Assembly (NCBI GenBank): GCA_028534125.1
Contig: CM052816.1
Location: forward strand, 39,248,001-39,312,000
DNA length: 64,000 bases
From: Lama glama
Lineage: Eukaryota
Direction: 5' to 3'
Shown here piece after piece: positions 28,291-41,383 of this stretch. Below the pieces are notes generated by a model. That model made no database searches. It saw only the letters and a list, made by a program, of their open reading frames with translations, and was not told the origin of the DNA. The first letter of the stretch is position 1. Each line of letters opens with the position of its first letter. A program made the translations under genes and the position numbers.

Positions 28291-29402
28291 CCAATCCTTT
28301 TTTTAAAAACCGAGTCAGTGAATTAGATCAAAACATTTTAGTATTTTAGCTAAAATAAATGTAGCCTATAAAAATTACACATAAGAATTGACATTCTAAA
28401 TTTTTTCTTGATAGATTTAACGTGTCTGAGTTTATTTTTTAAATTTTAATTTTGTAATAATTTTAGGCTTTTAAAAAGTTGTAAAAATAATACAATTCCC
28501 CTATCAGGTTTATTCGGCTTCCCCTAATGTTGACATTTCACGTATCCATAGAACAATGATCTAAACTGGGAAATTAGCATAGGAAAAATAGTTAATACTA
28601 CATCTGTAAAATAGCGTGGCAGAACTATTTCCTATGATGGCAGTGCTGGTCCTGTCTTTGAAGTGTTGAATTGTACAATTAAAATGGTGCATTTTACTGT
28701 GTATAAATTGTGCCCCAAAAGAGTTCATTTGCAAAGAAGAAATGATGTTAGAAACAATGCTAAAAAACCAAACTGGGTGTTTCAAAGTCGAATGAGAAGG
28801 CCCTAAAAGAATCAGGTTGTTGATGAGAATGTTTGAAGAAAAGAGGCTGATATCTCCTCAGTAGTTGGATGTTTGCTGAGTTCAGTCCCTCCCATCAGAA
28901 TGGAGTATGTACCCAGCATGCTGAGGGAGCACTGGCACACAAAATTGGGTTCCTGGCTTAAGCTGACAGACCACAATACACAGAGAGGAATAGTTGTACT
29001 CATAACATCAGAAGATGAGGATTTCCCATGCCATGAGATCATGAGATGTCATAAATTGTGACATTCTCATGAGGTCCTCATGGGACTCTGCCCAGAAGAG
29101 CTGCCTGCTGTGAGGTCCTACTAGAGGCAGAAACTAAGGTGGGTAGGTCTGTAAGAAATCAGCTCAGGGAGCATCAACCTGTCTGGGAATCAGTCAGTTC
29201 AAACATCAGTCTGAACCAAAAATTGCACCGCATGGTTAAGCCAGCTTTTGGAGACCTTCCATAATGGAGGGCGTAGAGGTCAGCCAGTGCTGGTCAAGAT
29301 ACAATTATGTAGGTCCTGATGGTGTAAGATTTTTGCCTCTCTTCCTCTCTTCCTTCTACCCCCCTGCTCTGTTCACAAGAATACAGAAGATGAAAAGGAC
29401 TA

Positions 29403-29944
29403 CAGATCTTCCCCGACTTACAATGGGTTACATGCAGATAAACCCATTTTAAGTTGAAAATATCGTTAGGCAAAAATGCGTTTAATGCACCTAACCTACG
29501 GAACATCATAGCCTAGCCTAGCCTACCTTCAGGGTGCTCAGAACACTTACATTAGCCTACAATTGGGCAAAATCATCTACACAAAGCCTATTTTATAATA
29601 AAGTTAAACATATCATGTAATTCATTTAAAATTTTTTAATTGAAGTACTCATCTGAATCCTGAATATGTCAAGTGAAAAACGGCATGGTTGTAGGAATAC
29701 AAAACAGCTGTTAATACCCGTTGTTTACCTTGGAGTCACGTGGCTAACCCAGAGCTGCCAGCACTGCCAGGCCGCTGCTGCGGCTACCAGCGTAGCGGGA
29801 GAGTATCCGCCGCGGATCACGGCCCTGGGAAAAGGTCAGAATTCAAACTTCCAAGTGCAATTTCTACTGAATGTGTATGGCTTTTGCACCATCCTAAAGT
29901 CAGAAAAACGGTAAGGTGAACCATCCTCATTTAGGGACAGTCTG
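29403..29944. mobile_element. MER47/Tigger5-like DNA transposon, full-length non-autonomous
   Basis: TA|cagatcttccccgacttac ... tagggacagtctg|TA; internal aacatcatagcctagcctagcctacctt motif. Confidence 0.85.
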
Positions 29945-30882
29945 TAGGGAGGAATGTATCCAACTCCCCTTTGTAGGATCTTTTCCACAAGTCAGTTCTA
30001 ATTTGGGGGCTGAGAGAAATGGAACCTTTCTGATACCTAAAAATGGTCACATAGGAATCTATCCAAAATCTTTTCAAGGGGGTGGAGCTAGCAGTTCCTG
30101 CAGAATGAATTTGAAAGTAACAGTGAGATAAAAATGTTTTTTATGAGTTTCATCTTTTTGAATTACTTTATCATTTTTGATCCTCCTTTTATTTATTCAG
30201 AGGAAATAAACATTATGGTTTTACTATATTTCTTTCTCTCTAGCCAGTGAAAATACCTATTTCTTAACTTTCTGAAATTCATTAACTAGTGTCTGGGTAG
30301 AATTGTTGAAGAAGATGACTAAAATTGAAGTCACCTGTACAATGTTAACACTTAACAATGTTCAGGCCCCATCCAGGACCAATTAAATTTGTTAAAAATT
30401 TTCCCAGGTGATTGTTAAAGTGAAATCAGGGCTGGAAATTTCTGCATGTAAACTAACTTAATTTAAAAGGTAGGGGAAGGGCAAGAATTACATTTTGTTG
30501 TCTTTACTATTTCTAATTTTCTAATTAGATTTCCTATTTCTAATTTTGATCTCCTATTTCTAATTTTGATCTCTCAGAGAATAAAATTTGGTTTGAAAGT
30601 AAAGGAGAGAGAAGGAATAATGGGATAATGTTGAGGGTTGAGGTACTGCTGGGGCTTCTTTTGAAAATACGGGGAACTATGCTCTCTGGGATGCAGCAAG
30701 GTGAGCTGGGGTAAAAAGAGTGCTAAGTTGGAAAGGACTAGAAAGAAATTACCTGTTTTAAATTTTTCCAAGGCTCTTCCTTTCAGAAGTAAAAAATTAG
30801 AGAACAGCAATTGATAAATTTCTTCTTGTTTTACATTAGTGAGATACTTAAGTAATAATGTGGATATGAAACATACTACAGG

Positions 30883-33800
30883 CTATTTCATGGAGAGATC
30901 CCAGGGTGGTGGGGTTGAGTGCATGACATGGTGCTGTGATGTGTCTGTGAGAAATTCTAATAAATAAAATGGAGCAGATCTGACATAGCTAAGTACAGAT
31001 TCAAATTCAATGACAGACATAATACGAAGATATCCAGGCACGTGCTCCTCAACTGTATTTCTGAGATCTTTCAAAGAATATGAAAACAACTGTCCCATCT
31101 GTCTTCCCAATGACGAGATACTCTGGCTGGTCTCTACTACTTGCTGCAAAGCAAAAACCTGCCCAAGGAAAAGAAAAAATAAATCACTGTATCAAATGTA
31201 TCTGAAATTTTTCCTCCTCCTCTCTCTTTTCCTTGTCATATACATCCTGCTTTTGCCTTGGTTAGATTGTCAGTCTGTTGTTGGCTTTACTTTTCTATAA
31301 GTAAATGGTGTAATGATAATTACTATAGGTCTTTGACAGGGAATTTGAAGGTCTGAAAATTATAAGCAGTAAAACCTGTTGAGTAACAAACACTACTCAT
31401 GAAAACACTTTTAAAAACGTAGCAAAGATGAGGTAATTCTAGTGAAGAGGAGGCTGCTATTGCTTATTGAAAATATCAGTTCTTGCTTATCTATTGTGCT
31501 AGCTCACTACTGAATTTCTATACTCAGTGCAGCCCTGTCAACTGTGGGACATGTGAGACAGCGAAAGCCCAGGGAAATAAATCAAGGTCCAAAAGCTAGT
31601 AAGTGTCAGAGCTAGAACTTGAATTCAGGTGTCTTTGGCTCCAAAGCTCAGGCTTTTTCTTTTTCCTTGGAACATGCTAGGTTTACTTACACAGGTTTGG
31701 AAAAAAAAAAACATATATGAGTTATGGGGATTATCCATTGTCTTTCAATATTAAAAATTACATTTTATGAAGTTATAGTCAGTAAGCAAATTTGAGGCAG
31801 TTAGACATAAAAATGTGCTGGTCTCAAGAAAAAGTGTTAAATTTAAATCCCTTTATATTCTGTCCAGGTTTGCACTTTATGATTTTACCAGCTGGTGGTG
31901 GTGGTGCTTTTGCTACCACAGTAGAGACGCTTTGCTTTTTGAATCTTTTTCTTGATGGAGTAATTCTGACTTTGGTGAAAGTTGCATTTGCATTTTTTTC
32001 ACTTCCTGTCCTTTTAGTAAATTTGCCAGAACTCTTTTCTCATTGAAGATCATTGGAAGATTTTCAGTTAGAAGAGAAACTATACAGAAACTAATGAGCA
32101 TTATTTGGTGACTGCAGCAAAACAGTTTTCACTATTTTGATTTTTCACTTGTTTAGAAATAGAATGGTACATATGTCTGACTTCATGAATCTTCTCTCTA
32201 AATACTGTCCAGGAGTGAATTTTTCATATTATTCTATATTTTTAAAATACCAAATAGCTATTTAGATTATCTTCCATAAAAAGAATTTGATCCTTAAAAA
32301 GCACAGAAAAAAATACCAAAAAATAATAAATTTCAAAATTTTGTTTAGGCTGTCTTTCCATTAGTAAGCATGAATTCTGAACATACTAACATTTATTTTT
32401 TACTGTAATGCTGGCATTTCATCCCATCAGTTTCTATGAGATCATCTCAGAATCAGATTAAAAAGAACTGATCTGAGATGAGAACATAAATAATATGCTC
32501 TCATACTTACTTTATGCTTGCTATTCAAAGATTTCAATTGTGTTTATAGTTCTCAGATCCTTTTGGCTAGCCAAGAAATACATTATGTAGTTTTCTTACA
32601 AAACTCCCTCTCTCAAGATTTTCTTTTTAAGCCAATTGGGGCTTTAATGTGCAATTTGTGCCTCAAGTTACTCTCCTCAAAAACTTGGAATCTAATTGGC
32701 AAAATAAATCACAAATATGTGAAGCATTAACAAGTAAAACAATAAAAGATTTAAACAAAAAGTCAGAACATTCAGCTTCCAGAAACATTTATTGATCGTT
32801 TACTTAATACCAGGAACTCTTCTGAGCTCCAAAATTTGGGAAGGGGTGTGGGGTGGAAGGATGGGAAAGAGAGAGACTGAGAGAGAGAGAAGTGCTCTGT
32901 CTGTATTTATTCCTTAAGGGCTTATGGACTTCTGTACCTAGAACTATATTCAATCAATTATATTAAAATACAGTTCAATTTTATTACCAGGCATTTTTTG
33001 TAAAGGAGTTTGATGTCAAGCACAGCACTGATAACACAGAAATATAGCCCTTCCCCTCTCACCCCCCTCCCAAGCCAGTGCTTACGGTAAATCTATGGAA
33101 GAATAATAGTGTTCAAATTGTTACCAGAACACACAATGGTAGTGATTCAACAACTCATGCAGGGGAGTGACAGCTGTGTTAGTGATTTAGAAAGTGATGG
33201 ATTCACATAATGTTACAAAGCAATGTCTGATCACAAATGATTTGCACAGCTCTGTACCCAAACTAGTTTAGTTTAGAGCTCTCACCTTAGTGGAGCAGAC
33301 ATTTAGAAACCCTGATTATGCATCCTGACTTCATTTTCCACAAGTGATAGTGCTTTTTAATTTTCAGAGAAGGCAGAGGCTATCAAATAGGACTGTTCTC
33401 AGCTTTCATTTACATCTCTTTACCCCGTTTACAAATTAACATTTATCTGTCTTTCATTCTGCCTCAGTGGAAAAGAGGTCCTTTTAACTGTAATCCATCA
33501 ACCTAATCCTTTCATTTCATTCTGAATCCCCATGATCGTCTTTCTCAGGACCTTGTGCAATTTCCCTCTGTTCTGTGGAATATATTAATCTCTTTCTGTC
33601 CCATCTCTTTCACATCTAAAGAGTTATATCAGTGGTCCTGTTATAAACCCGTAAACAATTCCTATCTCAACAATTGATTATAAACTAGCCACAAACATTG
33701 CATATAATGACTATACTTTTAAGAAAAGAATAATGTATAAATATGGTTTTAAATTTCTTTGGTAAATATGTATTGTGAAAGTAGAATAAACAATATGCCA

Positions 33801-35537
33801 TGTCTACATCTAGACTAAAATTTTATTTCTTCATTATCTATGTGCACTGTCAAGAAACAATTGAATTTTAAAAAGTCAAAAATGACAAAACACTAAACTT
33901 AATTTCTTGGCTTAATTTCTATTTTCAAGCATTTATTTTGTAAATGTATGATAATTTAATAATCTGACATATGAATCACTTGCTGGTATAAACTGGAAAT
34001 TGAAATACTTATTCTCTTGAATTCTCATTTTTTGGCCCCACAATACCCAACTGATTGGCTAGAGTCAGTCCTGGGGAAAAGCTATGAAACAAAATCTATG
34101 GTTTTGAATATTTTAAAAAACAATTTTATCAGACATTAGGGTGTCAAAGCAAAAATTGCACCAGCAAAATTAAACAGGAAAGGAAGACTTTATTCAAGGC
34201 TGTTGCAATAAAGGAGAGAGAGACCGAACTCAGTCTGAACTCAGGTCTACAGAAACAGAGGTTATGGGGTCGGTTTTAAGAGGTGGGGGTAGGAGGAGAT
34301 CCTAGGCCACCGATGTTTGCCCATTGTTTTTAACCAAAGGAAAAGTAAACTTCCTCTTATCTTCCTGAGGTCAGGTAGCTTTACAGCTCAGAGCAAGAAT
34401 TCTGCTGAAGTTAGGCTCCTATCCTTCCACAGAAATGGGGGAAGAGGGGAATGAATGGGGATGTTGTCTTCCTCGATAATGCATTTCAAAGAGAAGGCTC
34501 CCAAGTCCTTGAGAAGGACATTCCTATGTTGTAAAATAGGCAAGACGTTTTAAAAAAAATGTTTACATCTCAAAAGGGCAGAGAAAGAATTTACAGTGAC
34601 CAGTTTTCTTAAGATAAAGGTTCTAAGAAAAGGGAGATCAAGGCTGGCCTAGGGTCAGGAAGAAACTTTTTTCAGATCAACCAAGTTGAGGGTAATGTTG
34701 AAGCAGTCTTGGTTAAAGGGTTGAAAATTCATTCACTTCATTTCAATCTTCCTTAAATCCTCTCTAAGCACATTTTACATAACATTTTTGTTGTTGCTTG
34801 TTATTTGACTTTGGATTTAGGGACTCTGAAATAGTAGCCCTTCACAAATTTTGGTCGGACTTAACCTGTTATTTTTGATTAAATAGTACAGCTGTCAATG
34901 GATTTGTGTTTTTACTTGGAGAGTATAACAGAGCAATTAGTTGCTAGAAACTGAAAAAAATAAGCTGTAGTGTCCTCAACAGACAGACATTGATCCTATT
35001 TTGACTCTTTGAAATTCTGATGTAAGAAGAATACTTATAAAAGATTGCTGTGAACAGTGTAGGCTGAGATAATACAGGCTCAGACACACTAAAGCTAATT
35101 ACCTACAGTAAATGGTTTGAATATGGGCCAATAAGAGATTGGAGAATAAGCATATTAAAGCCACTATAAAAGAAGACATGAAATGAGACAAAAGAAATGA
35201 GGGATGGAAATGTAATGCATAGAAGAAAAGTCATACAGAAGATTAAGAAGATTACATTGCTATTGTGTTTCATTCCAGTTAAAGTGAATGACCTTCTTTG
35301 GCAATGAAGTCCGTGAATCCAGTATTTATAAGAGAACACAGACACATACGGTGGCACACAGGTTGGCTCCTTTTTGCCTTTCTCTGTTTCTTTCCTTATC
35401 CTTTTTTCTGTAATGCTTAGAAAATTAAGTACTTTGCAGATATACGGTCCGCACACATGAAACCTTAGAGAACGGGTATGCAATAGGCTATGCTTATCTT
35501 GCTGAAGACAGGACTTCCCACGTCATATCCTCTTCAT
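30883..35537 (-). pseudogene. Candidate four-exon disabled gene for a small secreted precursor (unidentified): exons 35537-35498, 35163-35103, 32079-31889, 31158-(31049 or 30883)
   Basis: Phase-compatible splice sites, signal-peptide-like N-terminus, three in-frame TGA stops, one donor reading AT instead of GT; no homolog recognised. Confidence 0.55.
34142..34715 (-). mobile_element. ERV1-class solo LTR (MER31-like)
   Basis: tgtcaaagcaaaaattgcacc..aggaagacttttattcaaggctgttgcaata..gaactcagtctgaactc; antisense AATAAA. Confidence 0.7.
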
Positions 35538-36012
35538 CAGTCACAAAACTGCTGGATTTATGCATTAATAACTGTTTCATTGATGACAGAAGGGGTTGTC
35601 AGAGCACTGTCCCACTTTTCAGTGAATTTGTAGGCCCAGGAAGTCTGGCCCTCTGTAGGGTGGATGTCTCCCTTTTGGTCAAAAGTAGCTTTTTCATTAA
35701 TTCATTCTCATGCACATATGAATGTGAATAATATACTTTATTATTATTCCTGTGACAAGATAGCAGTGGATCCTGTGATTAGGGAGGGGAAACAAAACCT
35801 AAATTTGGTGCCATTTCTGGTCTGTCCAAGATAAAATGATTGTCTTAGAATCATTTCCATTCTAGTGACTATGCACTTAACTCGCAGAGAGTGGGAGGGC
35901 ATATTTACCTTCCTTTCTATCATTTAACTTATGAGGAAAAGAGGCACAGACTGAGGTGACTTTACTGTATTCCTACATTGCAGAGTAGTTTTGCAGAGAT
36001 TAAGTACTGATC

Positions 36013-36541
36013 CAGGGGTTCCCAAACTTTCTTAGTTAATAAAAAACATAGTCTTAGTAATTTTTTTCATGGCTCATCTAGACCCAAAATGGCTAACAAT
36101 TGTGTATCTTAATGATATAGGTCCAAAATTTAATAAATATTTATTTCCTAAAAGTTTAATAGTGATTTGAAAAAAAAAACACATGTAAGTTGATGGGAGA
36201 GTTATATTTTTATTTCTTTCTTCAATAGTCACCTTTATTAATGTGTGCACCTGTTGGACACTGTGCAGCTTCTCAAATCTTGGAATTGGATTGGACACTG
36301 TCATCCTTGTTTCCTTTCTTACACTGAGTTTCACAGGTACTTGCTTTTATCATCACAGTGATTGCTGAAAACCCAGCTTTGCAAAAATACGATTTCATCT
36401 TAAGGAAGATAGTGCAATCAAATATTAAGACTTTGAATTTCTCAAGCTTGCAGTTTGTAAGATATTGACTATTGCTATGTTTCCTTAAAAACTTTAAATA
36501 TCCTATGGGGCCTGTTGAGTTTGCTATGGCATACTGGGATG
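36013..36541. mobile_element. MER119-like hAT-Charlie element, followed by an LTR fragment (~36542-36680)
   Basis: caggggttcccaaactttct..cttctcaaatcttggaattggattggacactg..gaaaacccagctttgcaaa. Confidence 0.75.
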
Positions 36542-38399
36542 TGTAAGAGCAAATATAAATTAAAAATTAGATGTTTAATTCTCCCTGTGGAAAATAAGGA
36601 AAGAAACTTCTCCCTCCATTTTCTAAGAGCATTAACTTTAGAAAACTTGTAATTGAGAATCTTTCCGTCTCCTCCTGTAGGAACGAGGTTTTGTTTTCAC
36701 TTGTATTTCTCTAAGCTTTTGGGCTGAGTATCAGAATATGATCCTAGACACAAAGTTTGTAATCTTCCATGTTTTGACCTGACTCAAATATTACAAATGT
36801 ATTATGATTATCATAGATCTACACCTGTAGACATTTTCACTTTTTTATATGTCAAAGAAATGGTTTGTATCCCATGACAGTACCACAGCCTTCTCAAAGT
36901 TAAAAGGCAGGCATCACACTCCTTTTTAAAAATTGATTTTGGAGACAAAGAACAATCTAACAAGGATTATTTACATGGGTTGCCAGAAAGATGACAAGGT
37001 TAGTACCTAGGGTAGGTATGATAACTATTTTTTTAACATTATTTTAACAAACTCAGAATATGAGATTTGCCCAAAGGTCAAATTCAGCACCTTTATTTCA
37101 GTACCTTGTCACACTTTCCATAGCTTTATGAAAGAAGGTTTTTTTTTTTAATGACTAACAAAGAAGAAATATGATTAAATTATGAGAAAAAAACTTCCTT
37201 TGTGTGAAAATTTGTAAGACATCAGAAATCATGTTTAAGTAAGGTTCTTGAATTTTTGTTTTCATTTTTTTCAGGAGATTATTGGTAATTTAACTTACAA
37301 TGTTTCTGTATGGCTGTTGAAATAAATTGTGTCATCTTCCCATCCCTTCACCATTCTTTTCTCAATCTTTCCACATGTCACAATCTTATTCCCCTAATTA
37401 GCTAGTGTTGTAGTGTGTAGGATTTCTAATTTTTTTCCTGCAGGCAGACAGACACACATGGTAACACAGAGTTTTCCTATTTGTTTGGTTATTCATTTGT
37501 TTCTTTAATTTTACAAAACTGGAAAAATCCAATTGTGTTACACAGAATTTTACACGACTTTTTCTGCTCTTCCATTTACTATATCATGGACATCATCAGT
37601 GTCTCTCTAGATAGATCTAACGTAGTTTTTAAACAACCTCATAGATTTCTAATGTATGACTATCATGATTAATTCAGTCTTTCTTTCTGTAATTTAAAAA
37701 TATCCTGCCAGGCCAGTATCTTTAAATAGGTTTGAATGCATTTCTTGCCAGACACAGGAGATGAAATTGATGAGTCTATCAGTTACGAAAAGACTAAACA
37801 GGCTTACATGGTAATATATAATGTGGTCTATCTGGTAGACTTGATACTTTAGGATACAAAGTCATTTTAGAACATAACACTGAAGGAAATTAGAGGAAGA
37901 TTAAAAAGTTCTCTTTGTCAATATTTTTGAAACCATGTCTTCCAACTTTGTAGACCTGAGATTGATATCTCAGAAAAATTTCTAAGAAATAAATTTTGAA
38001 CAGAGTATTAAGGGTTCAAGATTATACTAGAATAAAGACTAAATAGTGGCATTTAAAATCATTCAGTAGTAATTACAGAAGAACATAATAAATTTTAAAA
38101 AGCATGAAAGATGCTCTCTCACAGGAGCATTTACAAATATTGACCACAGAGCATTTTAAAAAACATACTATAGATGGAACACTAGTAAAGACACATGAGA
38201 TTAAGGCATTTAGCAAATAAAATTTACTGTCAGTAGATAAAATTTTAAAAGAAATTACATAACTTTGAGTCATATGTCTTTATAAAATTGAAAATAAATT
38301 GGTTTGAAATATCAAGTTATACCAAAATATGACATACAAAGTTCTAATTTATTTTAAAAAATCAAACAAGATTTTCAAGTCTTTTAAAATTATATGAGA

Positions 38400-39695
38400 G
38401 TTTTCTCCAGATGCTTGCCCAGGAGTAAGATTCCTGGATCATATGATAAATCTTTTCTTAGTTTTTTTGAGGAATCTCCATACTGTTTTCCATAGTGGCT
38501 ACACCAGTTTACATCCCCACCAACAGTGTCTTATGTTTAAGTCTTTAATCTATTTTGGGTTTATTTTTGTGTGTGCTGTGAGGGAGTACTCTAACTTCAT
38601 TGATTTATGTGCAGCTGTCCAGCTTTCCCAACACCACTTGCTGAAGAGACTGTCTTTTCTCCATTTATATTCTTGCCTCCTTTGTTGAAGATTAACTGAC
38701 TGTAGGTTTGTGGGTTTATTTCTGGGCTCTCTATTCTGTTCCATTGATATCCATATGTCTGTTTTTGTGCCAATACCACACTGTTTTGATTACTGTAACT
38801 TTGTAGTATTGTCTGAAGTTTAAGAGGGCTATGCCTCCAGCTTTGTTCTTTTTCCTCAGGATTGCTTGGCAATTATGGGTCTTTTATGATTTTATAAACA
38901 TTTTAGGATTATTTGTTCTAGCTTTTTGAAAAATGTCATAGGTAATTTGATAGGGATCATATTAATATGTAGATTTCTTTGAGTAGTATGGCCATTTTAA
39001 CAATTAATTCTTCCAATCCAAGATCATGGGCTGTCTTTGCATTTCTTTAAATCATTTTCATTTTCCTTTATCAGTATTTTTTAGTTCTCAGCATATAAGT
39101 CTAATTTGAGAAGATACATGTACCCCAAAATTCATAGCAGCACTATTTTGCAATAGCCAAGACATGGAAGTAACCTAAATGTTCATCAACAGATGAATGG
39201 GTAAAGAAAATGTGAGTATTATTTATAACGGAATATTACTCGTCTATAAAAAAGAATGAAATAATGCCATTTGCAGCAACATAGATGGACCTAGAGATTT
39301 TCATACAAAGTGAATTAAATCAGACAGAGAAAAACAAATATCATATGATATCACTTACTTGTGAAATCTAAAAAAATGACACAATGAACTTATTTACAAA
39401 ATAGAGACAGACGTACAGACATAGAAAACAAACTTGTGGTTTGTTACTGCAGGGGGAAGAGGGAAGGAATAAATTGAAAGTTTGAGATTAGCAGATACAA
39501 ACTACTATATATAAAATAGATAAAAACAACAAGGTTCTACTGTATAGCACAGGGAACTATATTCAATAGCTTGTAATAACCTATAATAGTAGAAAAGAAT
39601 CTGAAAAAGAAAAAAACATATATATATAAAACTAAATCACTTTGCTATACACCAGAAACTAACACAACATTGTAAATCAACTATACTTCAATTAA
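38400..39695 (+). mobile_element. L1 with 5' inversion (ORF2 fragment antisense 38401-~39099; sense 3' end ~39100-39695)
   Basis: ORF-track peptides [26 protein letters not shown] and [13 protein letters not shown] are L1 ORF2; degenerate TSD aaaattatatgaga 38386-38399 / aaaattgtatcaga 39696-39709. Confidence 0.88.
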
Positions 39696-40607
39696 AAAAT
39701 TGTATCAGAAAAAAAGAAAGTCTTTGAGTGTTTAAAGTTTGTAATACATAGGAATTCATTTGCCAGTTAGATTCTGGAATCAGGCAATATTATTTTATTA
39801 CATTTACTTTACTAAGTAAATATTGTAACAGATCCTTATATCAGAAATAACAACCAATTTCTTTCTATATTTTGTTTTTATTGAAGTATAATGTGAAACT
39901 TCAGTTATGAGCAGATATTGTGTAGATTCCAGAACACCGAAGCTAAGTTTTGTATTGAGTCACTCTTGAATTAGGCTACTCAAAAATAATTTATTTATCT
40001 CAGGTGTCTTATGTACCAATTCATAATAATGAATTAATGAAGCTTTCTTACAGGAAAAAAAACAAACAAAAAAACCAAACAAAAAAAAGAGTTTCTGCTA
40101 ACACTTTCCTCTTCACTCTTATTATTTAGATTCAAAAGGAGAATTTCCTCAGTCTAGTTCTTAACTGTGAAACAGTCGAAATTATTGGAATCATTCGTAA
40201 CAGATATAAATTCTTTGAGCCTGAAATTATTTGTCAGAAAAAAATGAGGTTTGCCTAAATGATTTCAGTTACTCCAAGATTCCATCTAGCGCTACAATTT
40301 TCTGTTATTTTTATCACATTATCTTTTCATTTCTATCATACTTTTAAGAAACAGTGTGCTTCACAGAAAGTCTGGAAGTTCTACAGAAATTCCTTGATGC
40401 CTTAATATTGACATTCAAATGATGCATTTAGGGAAAACATTGATTTATTAACCCTCAGGTTGACACATTTCACAAATGTTAGCCACACTCTTGTCATATT
40501 ATTTCGCTATTCTCCAGTGCAATTAAAAAAAAAAAGATTAACTTTCATAGTGCACAAAATAATTTCCCATGGAAATGTGCTTGAATTATTTATATATATT
40601 TATTTCC

Positions 40608-41383
40608 AGTTTTATTGAGATATAACTGACAGACAACACTGGATAAGTTTACGGTGTGCAGCAAAATGATTTGACTTCTTACATCATAAAATGACAAGTT
40701 TAGTGAACATCCATCACCTCATATAAATACAGAATTAATGACAGAAAAATATTTGTGTGTGATGAGAACTCAGGTTTACCCTTCTAATAATATTCAAATA
40801 TAATACACAGCCATGTTAATCCCATTTATCATGTTGTACGTTACATCCCTGGTACTTATTGCCTTGTAACTGGAAGTTTGTTCCTTTTGACCACCTTGTA
40901 CGCTTCTCCCTCTTCCACCCCATGCCTCTGGTAGCCACAAACTGATCTCTTTCTGTGAGTTTGTTTGTTTGCTTCTTTGTTTGTTTGTTTGTTTTGGGAG
41001 TATAATTGACCTACAACACTGTGTTAGTTTCTGTTACACACACAATGATTTGGTATTTCTGTACATTTCAAAATAACCAGCATGATAAGTCTAGTTACCA
41101 TCTGTCACCATCCAAAGATACTACATTATTATTGACTGTATTTCTCCCACTGTACATTTCTTACCTGTGACTCGTTTATTTTGCAATTAGAAGTTTGTAC
41201 CTCTTAATATCCCTTACCCATTACTCTCCTCCCACCACCTCTCTCTCCTCTGGCCACCACTTGTTTGTTCTCTGTATCTATGACTCTGTTTCTGTTTTGT
41301 TGTGTTTGTTCATTTGTTTTGTTTTTTTTAGATTCCACATATAAGTGAAATCATACAGTGTTTGTCTTCCTCTGTCTGACATG
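40608..41383 (-). mobile_element. L1 3'UTR fragment(s)
   Basis: ttttattgagatataactgac..; ..tttagattccacatataagtgaaatcatacagtgtttgtcttcctctgtctgac. Confidence 0.8.

Noticed and set aside
29760..29830. Small CpG cluster
   Set aside because: Internal GC-rich part of the MER47/Tigger5-like element.
30532..30571. 20-bp tandem duplication tcctatttctaattttgatc
   Set aside because: Simple slippage repeat.
35103..35483. 126-aa minus-strand ORF as a single-exon gene
   Set aside because: Mostly reads through a pyrimidine-rich intron-like tract; only 35163-35103 looks exonic, and in a different frame.
38443..38872. Overlapping ORFs with protein-like sequence (also 45123-45652 and 62526-62849)
   Set aside because: Decayed L1 ORF2 fragments, not host genes.
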